Below are positions 20,956 to 31,369 of a DNA stretch of 64,000 bases, piece after piece. This DNA comes from an uncultured Prevotellaceae bacterium (GTDB lineage Bacteria > Bacteroidota > Bacteroidia > Bacteroidales > Bacteroidaceae): positions 3,664-67,663 of the forward strand of contig ONTS01000010.1 of assembly GCA_900320845.1 (NCBI GenBank), in the 5' to 3' direction. Both the position numbers and the translations under genes were made by a program. A model generated the notes under the pieces. The model was not told the DNA's origin, searched no databases, and worked only from the letters and a program-made list of their open reading frames with translations. The number at the start of each line of letters is the position of its first letter. Position 1 is the first letter of the stretch.

Positions 20956-21299
20956 CAATTAATTATTGATATGGACTATATAAAATGAGAAAAAATCTCA
21001 GAAATTCAACCAAATTTAACAAAAATCGATTTAAAAGTTCCTGAAAACGCAAAAATCTCTCGCTTTGTATTATGTTAATGTTTTTGAGGTTATGCGTATT
21101 ATTAGGACATGACATATAATTGCAAAACAAATTTGATTATTCAGAATAACATTCCTCCATAATTGCACATTCGCACCTCTTGTGTGGTTTTATAAAGTTA
21201 AAAACGTTAAAACTTTATCATTTTCACTATCCAAAGAATCCATGCAATCACTTTTCTACCATTTAAAACAAAATCAATTGAAATACAATAAGTTGTAAA

Positions 21300-22250
21300 T
21301 TCTCTGGCTGCACAGGCCTCACGTCCGTCACCATCCCAAACTCTGTCACAAGCATTGGAGCCGGTGCGTTCTCTGGCTGCACAGGCCTGACATCCGTCAC
21401 CATCCCAAATTCCGTCACAAGCATTGGAGCCGATGCGTTCTATAATTGTGTAAAACTGAAGGAAATTAATGTTGCAAAGGATAATCCTGTTTATAATTCT
21501 CTTGATGGTGTTCTTTTTAATAGATACCTCACAAGTATAATTATGTATCCTCCTGGAAAAACTGACGAGCACTATACCATCCCTAATACTGTGACTGATA
21601 TAGCCGATGTGCATGCTTTTGCTAATAGTAAATATTTGAACACAATTACTATTCCCAAAAGTTTACAAAGAATTAGCGGATACTATTCCTTTTCCGGCTC
21701 GAATTTAAAGAAAGTAATTGTTGAAGATATAGATACATGGCTTAAAGTTGATGTCTGGGGTTATGATTATGGTCCTCTGGCTGTGGCAAAAAGACTATTT
21801 AGCAGCGATGGTAAAGAAATCACACACCTTAATATCAAAAGCAGCTCGACATTAGGAAGCACGTCCTATATTCAGGGGCTAATATCTTTATCTTTTACAT
21901 TTGATAGTGAAGACTACCAGGTTAAGGGCTTTGACTATTGTATAAATCTTACCAACATTTATTGCTACAGAACCATTCCTCCTGGTATTTCTTATAATAC
22001 TTTTAAAGGAATAGATAAATGGAAATGTACACTCCATGTGCCTGTCGGTAGCGGTAATGCCTACCGTGGTGCTGATGTCTGGAACGAATTTAACATCGTT
22101 GAAGACCTTACGACAGGCATTGATGATATAAATAAAGATAATCTCACGACAGATCAACAATACTTCACAATTGACGGAAAGCAGCTGACAGGCAAACCGA
22201 CAAATAGTGGCATCTATATAAAGAATGGAAAGAAATATATTGTAAAATGA
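21300..22250 (+). pseudogene. 5'-truncated BspA-type (LRR_5) leucine-rich-repeat surface protein with a T9SS-like C-terminal tail
   Basis: In frame with the 21543 ORF: FSGCTGLTSVTIPNSVTSIGAGA twice (69-bp tandem at 21300-21437). An in-frame TGA lies at 21279 with no ATG before the repeats. C-terminus YFTIDGKQL...GIYIKNGKKYIVK. Confidence 0.8.
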
Positions 22251-22318
22251 AAATAACAACTCAACAACAAATAATTATGACAATTATTGTCCGCTAAATA
22301 TTATCTGTTGAATTAAAT

Positions 22319-22357
22319 AAAGGCTGAAAACTCCGATGGCGAGTTTCAGCCTTTTTC
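22319..22357 (+). terminator. Intrinsic terminator at the right end of the island
   Basis: AAAGGCTGAAA...TTTCAGCCTTT followed by a T-tract. Confidence 0.7.
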
Positions 22358-22694
22358 GTTTCTTTGTTTTTAGCAGAAAACATTGATAACTTAAACAAAG
22401 GTACACAATCTTCGGTTGCCGGCAGAGGGATAGCGAATAAAACAGTCGGACACAGATACAATCATTGAAATGTGGCGTACTAATAGTGGTGAGAGCGTGA
22501 AGTCGTTGCCCTAGTTATCTTCCAGCTTGAAATGCCTTCCATTCATTCTTCATTATACATTGCGAGTCGGAATATACTTTCTCCGAAAGTGCGTATCACT
22601 ATTAGGCTACGGCTTCGGAGAAGGAATGCTCCTACGATGCCTGTCAGAACTTGCAAGCGGCTCGCCGCTCCCCTTCTCGCTCATCCCTTCTCGC

Positions 22695-23282
22695 TCATCT
22701 CAAGGCATCGTTCAGTCTTTTTCTGAGCTGTTCCGCCTCGCTTTTCCGTATGCTGAGTGTGAGGAGGCAGCTGTTGTCGAACTGCTGATCTACAATGCGC
22801 GGCTGCATGTCCTTCACCACACGCATGACACTGTTCATCTGCTCGTAGACGAATCGTACGGTCACCTGCTCTTCCACCTGCCTCACAACCTTCTTAGCAT
22901 TGTCCAATGCCTCGGCAGCTGCCGTGCGGTAGGCTACGATGAGTCCGCCCGTGCCGAGGTTGACACCGCCATAGTAGCGCACCACTACCACAAGCACGTC
23001 GGTTAGACCATGCGACACAATCTGCCCGAGGATGGGTTTGCCTGCCGTCGAGGAGGGTTCGCCGTCGTCGTTGGCGCGGGTCTCGGAGGCATCAGGACCG
23101 AGGGCATAGGCATAGCACACATGCCGCGCATCGTAGTATCGCTTGCGATAGTCGGCTAGCAAGACCTTCACCTCGTCTACACTCTGCACATGATGCGCAA
23201 AGGCAAGAAACTTACTGCGTTTCTCTGTGTAGTAGCCTTCTGCTACCTGTCCGTCGATGGTTGTATATTCGTCGTTCTGCAT
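22695..23282 (-). CDS. yigZ: YigZ/IMPACT family protein
   Basis: EKRSKF, ARHVCYAY, DDGEPSSTAGKPIL, RYYGGVNLGTGGLIVAY; likely start MQNDEY. Confidence 0.92.
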   Translation of the reverse strand: MQNDEYTTIDGQVAEGYYTEKRSKFLAFAHHVQSVDEVKVLLADYRKRYYDARHVCYAYALGPDASETRANDDGEPSSTAGKPILGQIVSHGLTDVLVVVVRYYGGVNLGTGGLIVAYRTAAAEALDNAKKVVRQVEEQVTVRFVYEQMNSVMRVVKDMQPRIVDQQFDNSCLLTLSIRKSEAEQLRKRLNDALR

Positions 23283-23506
23283 ACAGGGACAAATGTAGCA
23301 ATTTTCTGCCAAGCAACGTACCACAGACAAAAAAAGTAGGATATCACTCGTTTAACAGTCAAATAATTGCTACATTTGCAAATTATAATGTTGCTATCCA
23401 AGCGCATTCTATATATAAAATAGGAACGATTGTCAGAGGGAATCTCCCCCACTGCCATCGGACACACAACAAAAGAGTTCAAACCACTTAACCATATCAA
23501 CTTGTT

Positions 23507-24379
23507 ATGAAGAAATACTTTGCGCCATCCGAAATGATTATCAATGAAGATGGAAGTTGTTTCCATCTTCATCTGAAGCCAGAATTTTTAGCTGACCGCA
23601 TTGTAATGGTCGGTGACCCAGGACGTGTAGATACTGTTGCCGCACACTTCGACAGCCGCGAAATGGAGGTGTCGAGCCGCGAGTTCCACACCATTACCGG
23701 AACATATAAAGGTAAACGTATCACCTGCCTGAGCCACGGCATAGGCTGCGACAATATCGACATCGTTGTCAACGAGCTCGACACCCTCGCCAACATCGAC
23801 TACGTTACACGCGAGGAGAAAGACGAGCATCGTACGCTGACCATGGTACGCATCGGCACTTGCGGCGGACTGCAGCCCTACACACCCATAGGCACATTCA
23901 TTGCCAGCGTGAAGAGCATCGGATTTGACGGACTGCTCAACTACTATGCCGGCCGCAACGACGTATGCGACCTACAGATGGAAGAAGCCTTCAAGCGCCA
24001 CATGGCATGGGATCCCATCAAGGGTGCTCCCTATGTAGCCATTGCCGACCAGCGACTCATCGACCAGATAGCCGGCGACGACATGGTGAGAGGCTACACC
24101 ATCTCTTGCGGTGGATTCTACGGACCTCAGGGACGTGAGCTGCGCATACCACTGGCAGACCCTAACCAGAACGAGAAGGTTGAATCATTCGAATACGATG
24201 GCATGAAGGTGTGTAACTTTGAGATGGAGTCGAGTGCCGTGGCAGGACTCGCCTCGCTGCTCGGACACCGCGCCATGACCTGCTGTATGGTCATTGCAAA
24301 CCGCTATGCGCAGGAGATGAACACCGAGTACAAAAACACTATCGATACACTGATAGAGAAGGTGCTCAACCGTATCTGA
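23507..24379 (+). CDS. Nucleoside (uridine) phosphorylase, PNP_UDP_1 family
   Basis: GDPGRV, REF, RIGTCG, FYGPQGR, NFEMES. Confidence 0.9.
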   Translation: MKKYFAPSEMIINEDGSCFHLHLKPEFLADRIVMVGDPGRVDTVAAHFDSREMEVSSREFHTITGTYKGKRITCLSHGIGCDNIDIVVNELDTLANIDYVTREEKDEHRTLTMVRIGTCGGLQPYTPIGTFIASVKSIGFDGLLNYYAGRNDVCDLQMEEAFKRHMAWDPIKGAPYVAIADQRLIDQIAGDDMVRGYTISCGGFYGPQGRELRIPLADPNQNEKVESFEYDGMKVCNFEMESSAVAGLASLLGHRAMTCCMVIANRYAQEMNTEYKNTIDTLIEKVLNRI

Positions 24380-24396
24380 CAATCGCCGCCCGCACG

Positions 24397-25122
24397 ATGA
24401 TTCTCCTTCGCAGGCTGCTACTCATCATCGCATGTGCTGCAGGTGCACTCTGCTGCCCGGCACAAACCATCGGCACAGAAGCATTGCGCTGTGCCGACCT
24501 GTTTTTTGTGGCTCCCTGGCAAGGTAATGTCATCACTGCCGTCACACAAGGCTACGACAACTTGGGCATCGACCATGTGGCCATGTGCCTCAACACAAAG
24601 AAAGACACCATCCGCATCCTTGAATCCGTGCCCGAGAAAGGTGTGCGCACACTGCCATTGGACAGCTTCATAACGCTGCATAGGGAAGATGTCATTGTCG
24701 TGGGACGCATCAACATGCCCTTCGACACTGCGACAACACTGCAACACGCACTGGATTATTGCGGACAAGCCTACGACTCGCTCTACCTGCCCGACAACGA
24801 AGCCGTCTACTGCAGCGAACTGGTGCTCAACAGCTACGTCGACAGCCTCGGACAGCCTCTCTTCTCCCCCATCGGCATGACCTTCCGCACCACCGAAGGC
24901 ACCATAGCACCCTACTGGCAGCAGCTCTACGCACGCCATGGCATGGATGTGCCCGAGGGCAAGCCCGGCTCCAATCCCGGCGAGCTGTCGCGACGACAGC
25001 AGATTGATATACTGGGCGTGCTACAGACTGAAAAAAGACATCCGACAATACCTACACCTACGCACAGCGAAAAGAATTGCTGCTGCCATAAGCGGCAGTC
25101 ACCAAGTGAAAGAGGTAGATAG
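24397..25122 (+). CDS. YiiX/YebB-like permuted NlpC/P60 cysteine hydrolase
   Basis: Signal peptide; His (DHVAM) precedes Cys (YCSELV); PEGKPGSNPGEL. Confidence 0.85.
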   Translation: MILLRRLLLIIACAAGALCCPAQTIGTEALRCADLFFVAPWQGNVITAVTQGYDNLGIDHVAMCLNTKKDTIRILESVPEKGVRTLPLDSFITLHREDVIVVGRINMPFDTATTLQHALDYCGQAYDSLYLPDNEAVYCSELVLNSYVDSLGQPLFSPIGMTFRTTEGTIAPYWQQLYARHGMDVPEGKPGSNPGELSRRQQIDILGVLQTEKRHPTIPTPTHSEKNCCCHKRQSPSERGR

Positions 25123-25147
25123 CGGAAGGAAACAGAGCATGACCGAG

Positions 25148-25277
25148 CAGCAAAATCAGTGATTTTGGTTACCAATATCACTGATTTTGCTGTTTCATCG
25201 TGATTCGTTCAGAAAACGTAAAGACAACACTTGCAGGGCAAAGTCGACGAGATTGCAGAGCAAAGTCGACGAGATTG
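25148..25277. repeat. Intergenic 22-bp-phased repeat element (type B)
   Basis: Palindrome with 22-bp arms at 25148-25192 (1 mismatch); tandem TTGCAG(G/A)GCAAAGTCGACGAGA twice at 25231-25274. Confidence 0.85.
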
Positions 25278-25386
25278 GTCTCTGAACATTCCTGAACGGG
25301 ATACCAAATGCGGCTTTGTTGCATTGCTCGGGAGGGGCAATGATCGTGTCATCGTTTTCCTTTTTCATGAAAGCAGAAACCAACAC

Positions 25387-25426
25387 AAAGCAGGGAGACA
25401 CCTCTGATGAAGATGTCTCCCTGTTT
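25387..25426 (-). terminator. Intrinsic terminator downstream of serA
   Basis: CAGGGAGACA/TGTCTCCCTG stem. Confidence 0.6.
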
Positions 25427-25465
25427 ATTCTGTTCAGCCGTGTGGCTGATCAGTTGTCTGTCGCT

Positions 25466-26383
25466 TTACTTATTCACCTGGAAGCGTGTGTCGCCTGTAG
25501 CGAAGTAAGCGTTGATCTGCTTGGCAGCGGCAATACCGGCATTGATGTTGGCCTCGGCTGTCTGGGCACCCATTTTCTTCGGAGTTGAGAAGTAGCGTGC
25601 TTCGAACTTGCAGAACTCTTCATTGGCATCGGGCATGATGTCGGTGACGAACTTCAGGTCTTCGCGTTCCTGCATGAGTTTGATGAGTTCGGGCTCATTG
25701 ATGACTTCCTTGCGTGCTGTGTTGACGAGTATACCGCCCTTCTTCATCTTGCCTACGAGCGCATAGTTGATGCTCTGCTTTGTCTCAGGAGTAGCAGGGA
25801 TGTGGAGTGATACCACGTCACAAGTTTCAAAGAGAGCTTCTTGGTTAGCAACAGCGTGTACGCCAGCCTCTTCGATAACAGCCGCGGGGCAGTATGCATC
25901 GTAAGCATATACATCCATGCCAAAGCCTTTGGCGATGCGTGCCACGTTGCGACCTACATTACCGAAAGCCAGCAAACCAAGCTTCTTACCGAGCAGTTCG
26001 GTACCTGCCTTACCATTGTAGAAGTTGCGAACAGCAAAGACGAGCAGACCCATCACAAGTTCTGCTACGGCATTTGCGTTTTGTCCGGGAGTATTCTCAG
26101 CCACAACGTTGTGGGCAGTAGCTGCCTGCAAATCGATGTTGTCAAAACCGGCACCGGCACGAACAACAACCTTCAGCTGATTGGCGGCGTCGAGAACTTC
26201 GGCATCAACCTTGTCTGAACGGATAATCATGGCGTCAGCGTCCTTGACAGCGTCGAGAAGCTGAGCTTTCTCGGTGTACTTTTCGAGGATGACGAGTTCG
26301 TGACCGGCACCTTCGAGTTCCTTACGGATACCCTCTACAGCAACAGGAGCAAAGGGCTTTTCAGTAGCTATGAGTACTTTCAT
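25466..26383 (-). CDS. serA: D-3-phosphoglycerate dehydrogenase / D-2-hydroxyacid dehydrogenase
   Basis: RAGAGFDNID, NTPGQNANAVAEL, AFGNVG, NTAR, TPKKMGAQTAEA; near DUF1015, as in Bacteroidales serine clusters. Confidence 0.85.
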   Translation of the reverse strand: MKVLIATEKPFAPVAVEGIRKELEGAGHELVILEKYTEKAQLLDAVKDADAMIIRSDKVDAEVLDAANQLKVVVRAGAGFDNIDLQAATAHNVVAENTPGQNANAVAELVMGLLVFAVRNFYNGKAGTELLGKKLGLLAFGNVGRNVARIAKGFGMDVYAYDAYCPAAVIEEAGVHAVANQEALFETCDVVSLHIPATPETKQSINYALVGKMKKGGILVNTARKEVINEPELIKLMQEREDLKFVTDIMPDANEEFCKFEARYFSTPKKMGAQTAEANINAGIAAAKQINAYFATGDTRFQVNK

Positions 26384-26451
26384 TGTTTTGTTGAATTATG
26401 AGTTTTGAATTATGAGTTTTAATTTATGTTTTATTGTTAACGGATAGGTTA

Positions 26452-27066
26452 TCAATAATTTTGATATGCTGCTTTTAGCAAGGGCATGAAACGATGGTAT
26501 TCTGCCTGTGTGATGTCCACTTTGTCGTAGACACGGCTGTTGGGATACTTTGCCTTATACGCCCTTCGCACCATCTCGTGAGTGACGACGTTTTCCAACG
26601 GAATGTTGTATTGTCGCATGATGGGCAGCAAGTATTCTATAGCACTGTACATCTGGTCCTCGGTGAGGGGTGCCTCTACCGTATTGCCTTGGAACTCTAT
26701 GCCGATGCAGAATGTGTTGCAGCGCTCTCTTCCGTTAAGAATAGAAGCGCCTGCATGCCAAGCCACCTGTTCTGGCTTTGCCATGATGTAGCGTGTGCCG
26801 TCGGTATCTATGCACACATGAGTGCTCACTTTTCGCGAGGGCGAGGTCAGCACCTGAAGCGAGCGCTCAATGGTGGGCTCGGCAGTGTGGTGCAAGATGA
26901 CACCAATCACCTCATTACGCGCCGTGCTGTCAACATTAGGCGATGGATAGTTCACCTCCTTATAGTGTCTAATGGGTGTCGTGTCGGACGACTGGCTGCA
27001 TGTGATGGCATAGGTTAGCAGCCCTACCGCCAGTACTAAGGAGAGAAATAAGATACGTCGTTTCAC
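26452..27066 (-). CDS. N-acetylmuramoyl-L-alanine amidase (Amidase_2)
   Basis: ILHHTA, VSTH, AWHAG, IGIEF, VTHE; N-terminal signal or lipoprotein sequence. Confidence 0.88.
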   Translation of the reverse strand: MKRRILFLSLVLAVGLLTYAITCSQSSDTTPIRHYKEVNYPSPNVDSTARNEVIGVILHHTAEPTIERSLQVLTSPSRKVSTHVCIDTDGTRYIMAKPEQVAWHAGASILNGRERCNTFCIGIEFQGNTVEAPLTEDQMYSAIEYLLPIMRQYNIPLENVVTHEMVRRAYKAKYPNSRVYDKVDITQAEYHRFMPLLKAAYQNY

Positions 27067-27084
27067 GTGTCGGGACTTATAGCG

Positions 27085-28332
27085 TTACACCAGTTTGTGG
27101 ATTACGAGACCTGAGCGCAGTTTAGGCTCAAACCATGTAGCCTTCGGGGGCATGATCTTACCACTGTCGGCGATGTCCATGATCTGCTGCATTGAGACTG
27201 GATAGAGTGCCAATGCAGCACGCATCTCGCCATTGTCTACGCGACGCTTCAGCTCTTCCAAGCCACGCAAGCCACCAACGAAGTCGATACGGTTGCTGGA
27301 ACGCAAGTCACCAATCTTCAGAATCTCGTCGAGAATGAGACGTGATGAGATATCAACATCGAGCACCCCGATAGGATCGTTGTTGTCGTAGGTGCCGTCT
27401 TTAGCTGTGAGCTTGAACCAATGCTGGTCGAGATAGAGTGAGAACTCGTGCAGCTTGGCGGGCTTGTAGATGTCGGTGCCCATATCTTCCACGTCGAAGT
27501 TCTTGCGCAGAGCCTCTAGGAACTGCTCTGAAGTGAGACCGTTGAGGTCTTTCACCACACGGTTGTAGTCGAGGATGGTGAGCTGGCTTGCCTGGAAGCA
27601 AACAGCCATGAAGTAGTTGTATTCCTCATCGCCGCGGTGGTTGGGGTTCTGCTGTGCCTTCTCTGCACCTACGAGGGCTGCTGCTGCTGAGCGGTGGTGA
27701 CCGTCGGCGATGTAGAGGGCAGGCATCTTGGCAAATTCGTCAGTGATAGTCTTGATGTCGTTGTCGTCACTGATGACCCACAGCTTGTGTCCGAAGCCGT
27801 CAATAGGAGCGATGAAGTCGTACTCAGGTTCAGTTTGTGCGTAACGCATGATGAGGTCGTTGAGCACTTTATTGTCTGGATAAGCGAAGAATACCGGCTC
27901 GATGTTTGCGTTGTTCACGCGTACATGCTTCATGCGGTCTTCTTCCTTGTCGCGGCGAGTGAGCTCGTGCTTCTTGATGACACCCGTGAGGTAGTCGTTA
28001 ACAAAAGCGCCGACAACCAATCCGTATTGTGTCTTACCATTCATGGTCTGTGCATAGATGTAGTACTGTTCTTTGTCATCCTGTACGAGCCACCCTTTGT
28101 CTTGGAACATCTGGAAGTTTTCGGCTGCCTTTTCGTACACACGTGGGTCGTACTCTGATGTGCCGGGCTCGAAGTTGATTTCAGGTTTGATGATGCGATA
28201 CAGACTCATGGGGTTGTCGCCAGCCTCTGCGCGTGCCTCGTCACTGTCGAGCACGTCATAAGGACGGCTTTCCACTTGTTCTACATACTGCTTGGGAGGG
28301 CGAATACCCTTGAATGGTTTGATTGTTGCCAT
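27085..28332 (-). CDS. DUF1015 family protein
   Basis: PYDV, IKKHELT, YIADGHHR, MPPKATWFEPK. Confidence 0.92.
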   Translation of the reverse strand: MATIKPFKGIRPPKQYVEQVESRPYDVLDSDEARAEAGDNPMSLYRIIKPEINFEPGTSEYDPRVYEKAAENFQMFQDKGWLVQDDKEQYYIYAQTMNGKTQYGLVVGAFVNDYLTGVIKKHELTRRDKEEDRMKHVRVNNANIEPVFFAYPDNKVLNDLIMRYAQTEPEYDFIAPIDGFGHKLWVISDDNDIKTITDEFAKMPALYIADGHHRSAAAALVGAEKAQQNPNHRGDEEYNYFMAVCFQASQLTILDYNRVVKDLNGLTSEQFLEALRKNFDVEDMGTDIYKPAKLHEFSLYLDQHWFKLTAKDGTYDNNDPIGVLDVDISSRLILDEILKIGDLRSSNRIDFVGGLRGLEELKRRVDNGEMRAALALYPVSMQQIMDIADSGKIMPPKATWFEPKLRSGLVIHKLV

Positions 28333-28547
28333 GATGTTAGAAAATTGAGTTAATTGGTATTTTTGAATTGTTCGTTATTCCGTGGGGCAAAGATAGGGTT
28401 TATTTATCATCTGAAAAATTAGTGCGCATGAATTATTTGCTTTTTTCGCACAAAGTAATTTTAAACAAGAAAATATTGTCTGTTTTGTCATTATTTTGTA
28501 CCTTTGCCATGTATAATGTGAAGTATAACCAGACATAACGATAACAC

Positions 28548-30200
28548 ATGCACATATCCTTTTTTGCAAGAAAGACCGCAGTGAGCGCTCTCACCTTATT
28601 ATTTGCGGTATTTGCTCCAATTCAAGCCCAACAGCACACACATCATGGCGAAGCTACCGAACAATACCCTGAGATGGAGGGACAGTCGTGTACCAGCATC
28701 ATGGTAGGCAAGAAGGCTTCCACCGACGGCAGTGTCATCACCTCACACACATGCGACTCTTGGTATCGCACATGGATGACAATGGTGCCCGCTCGCGACC
28801 ACAAACCTGGAGCCACCACGGCCATCTACGAAGGACGCATGCACACACAAGCGGCTACAGACAGCACCAAAATGTATGTCAAAGGTCACATTCCACAGGT
28901 GAGCCACACCTACCGCTACCTCGACACCGCCTATCCAAGCATGAACGAGAAGCAGCTTGCTATGGGAGAGACGACCATTACCGGACGCAAAGAACTGCGC
29001 AACAAGAAAGGTATGTTCATGATTGAAGAACTTGAACGCATAGCACTTGAGCGTTGCACCACAGCCCGACAAGCCATCAGACTGATGGGCGAACTCATCA
29101 AGCAATATGGATATGGCGACAGCGGCGAATGTCTTACCATTGCCGACAAGGACGAAGTATGGATTTTTGAAGTCTTCGGTGAGGGCGAGAAGAAGATAGG
29201 CGGCGTCTGGGCTGCCGTACGCATCCCCGATGACGAGGTTTCCGTATCAGCCAACATCTGTCGCATCAGCACCCTCGACCTGAACAACCCCGACCGCTAC
29301 ATGGCATCCGACAACGTGTTTGACGTTGCAAAACGCATGGGCCTGTGGGACGGCAAAAGTGAATTCAGTTTCTGGCGCGCATACAGTGGAGGCAACTATC
29401 AGAAAGAGGTGAAGAACTACAGTGTACGTGAATACTTCATCCTCAACACCTTGGCACCCTCACTGGGACTGCGCAACGATGTGGAAGACCTGCCGCTGAG
29501 CGTGAAACCCGACAAACCCGTGAGCGTGGAACAAGTGATGCGCCTGCTGGGCAGCTACTACGAAGGCACACCGCAAAACCTCAGTGGACGTCATAAGATA
29601 AAGCCTAAGAAGAAAGAAGGTCAGACTGAACCTGCCGACAGTGTGGTATCGCCCGTGAGCAATCCGTGGATGCGCCCTGACGAAATAGAGATGTACTACG
29701 CCATGGGAGACTCCACCATGAAGAACATACGCACCGTGAGTGTGCCCTGGTGTGCTTACAGCACCGTCATACAACTCCGCTCATGGCTGCCCGACGCTGT
29801 AGGAGGCGTGGCATGGGTGGCACTTGACAACCCGGGCGAGAGCCCCCGCTTCCCCATCTTCTGCGGCACAACATCACTGCCCGACAAACTTGAGGTGTGC
29901 GGACAACACAGTGAGCGCGACGACGCAGCACTGTGGCACTACCGTAAGGCCAACAGACTGGCAACAGTGAGATGGGGAACCTATCGCAAGATGATAGAAC
30001 CCGCACGTGATTATTTCATCGCCAAAGGCTTACGTGAACTGCCATGGGTAGAACAGAGCTACATGAACCTTGTGAACGAGTCGCCCAAAGAAGCGCAGAA
30101 AATGCTGAACGGATATGTGGCCGACTTCTTTGCCGCCACAATTGTAAAATGGGATGAGATAACCCATAAGATATGGAGACAGACCTGGACAGGTTTTTAA
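28548..30200 (+). CDS. Peptidase C69 family dipeptidase
   Basis: Signal peptide, then the Ntn-hydrolase nucleophile CTSIMVGKKASTDGS; MNEKQLAMGETT; TARQAIRLMG. Confidence 0.9.
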   Translation: MHISFFARKTAVSALTLLFAVFAPIQAQQHTHHGEATEQYPEMEGQSCTSIMVGKKASTDGSVITSHTCDSWYRTWMTMVPARDHKPGATTAIYEGRMHTQAATDSTKMYVKGHIPQVSHTYRYLDTAYPSMNEKQLAMGETTITGRKELRNKKGMFMIEELERIALERCTTARQAIRLMGELIKQYGYGDSGECLTIADKDEVWIFEVFGEGEKKIGGVWAAVRIPDDEVSVSANICRISTLDLNNPDRYMASDNVFDVAKRMGLWDGKSEFSFWRAYSGGNYQKEVKNYSVREYFILNTLAPSLGLRNDVEDLPLSVKPDKPVSVEQVMRLLGSYYEGTPQNLSGRHKIKPKKKEGQTEPADSVVSPVSNPWMRPDEIEMYYAMGDSTMKNIRTVSVPWCAYSTVIQLRSWLPDAVGGVAWVALDNPGESPRFPIFCGTTSLPDKLEVCGQHSERDDAALWHYRKANRLATVRWGTYRKMIEPARDYFIAKGLRELPWVEQSYMNLVNESPKEAQKMLNGYVADFFAATIVKWDEITHKIWRQTWTGF

Positions 30201-30319
30201 TGCTATAAGAGCTCACCAGTACAGCCAATCTTACATTATGCAGGCCTGAAAACTGTAAACTAAAGACCACACATACGACTGTACCACCGTAAAGATGTAG
30301 CAATATCAGCAAACTGATT

Positions 30320-31120
30320 ATGACAAAGAAAGTACTATACATCACCCAAGAAATCACCCCGTTCGTTCCTGAGACACCATTGTCAATTCTTGGCAGACAT
30401 TTGCCAGAAGGTATTCAGGACGAAGGTTACGAGGTGAGAGTGTTTATGCCCAAGTGGGGCATCATCAACGAACGCCGGTGCCAGCTGCACGAGGTTATCC
30501 GCCTGTCAGGAATGAACCTCATCATCAACGACACCGACCACCCACTGATTATAAAAGTCGCCTCCATTCCCGGTACCCGCATCCAGGTATACTTCATCGA
30601 CAATGAAGACTACTTCTCCCGTCGCGGTATGCCTATCGAAGACATCCTCAACGACAATACGATCAATGCCGAACGCGCCATCTTCTTCTGCCGAGGTGTC
30701 TTAGAGACAGTGAAGAAACTGAGATGGATGCCCGACCACATCGTATGTCACGGCTGGCTGACAGGTATGATACCCTTCTACCTGAAGACCTTGTTCTGCG
30801 AAGAGCCCGTGTACGAAAACACGTCGGTGGTAAACATCATCTACGACAAAGATATGCAGGCAGAGCTGAGCGACAATGCACGCGATGTGATTTGCACCGA
30901 CGACATTGACAATAACCTGTTGGATCCTTATCAGACACCGTTCGACATGAAAGAGTTAGGCAAGCTTGCCATCGACTACAGCAATGGCATAGCACTGACC
31001 GAACTAGCTGCCGACAGCGCATTGGCACTCTATGCCAAGCAGCAGAACAAGCCCATTGCACAAGTGAAGCAGTCCAACGACATGCACAAAGCTTGCCAGC
31101 AACTGTTTGAGCAATTCTGA
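30320..31120 (+). CDS. Glycogen/starch synthase catalytic-domain protein (Glyco_transf_5 only)
   Basis: EVRVFMPKWG, HEVIRLSGMN, VYFIDNEDYF, PDHIVCHGW. Confidence 0.85.
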   Translation: MTKKVLYITQEITPFVPETPLSILGRHLPEGIQDEGYEVRVFMPKWGIINERRCQLHEVIRLSGMNLIINDTDHPLIIKVASIPGTRIQVYFIDNEDYFSRRGMPIEDILNDNTINAERAIFFCRGVLETVKKLRWMPDHIVCHGWLTGMIPFYLKTLFCEEPVYENTSVVNIIYDKDMQAELSDNARDVICTDDIDNNLLDPYQTPFDMKELGKLAIDYSNGIALTELAADSALALYAKQQNKPIAQVKQSNDMHKACQQLFEQF

Positions 31121-31369
31121 AAATACAGCATCTCCATCACAACCCTGCAGCATGAAGAAGATATCAATAGTTGGCCGACGGCATAGGAAAGCCTACATTG
31201 ACATCCATAAACTATAGGATAACAACGCCCGAAAACAACATTATTTCTATCAATCATACAATTTTTCTACCACATTCATCGTTAAGCGTATGACGCTTAG
31301 TCACGAACTACACTGAGCAACTAAAACATGATAACATCTTTTGCAGCTCAGGCACAATATAGCACAGCA

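Noticed and set aside
21207-21614. 135-aa minus-strand ORF with repeats
   Set aside because: Antisense shadow of the LRR repeats on the + strand.
30320-31120. Truncated glycogen synthase pseudogene
   Set aside because: The single-domain GT5 gene next to a DUF4270-like gene is a normal Bacteroidota arrangement.
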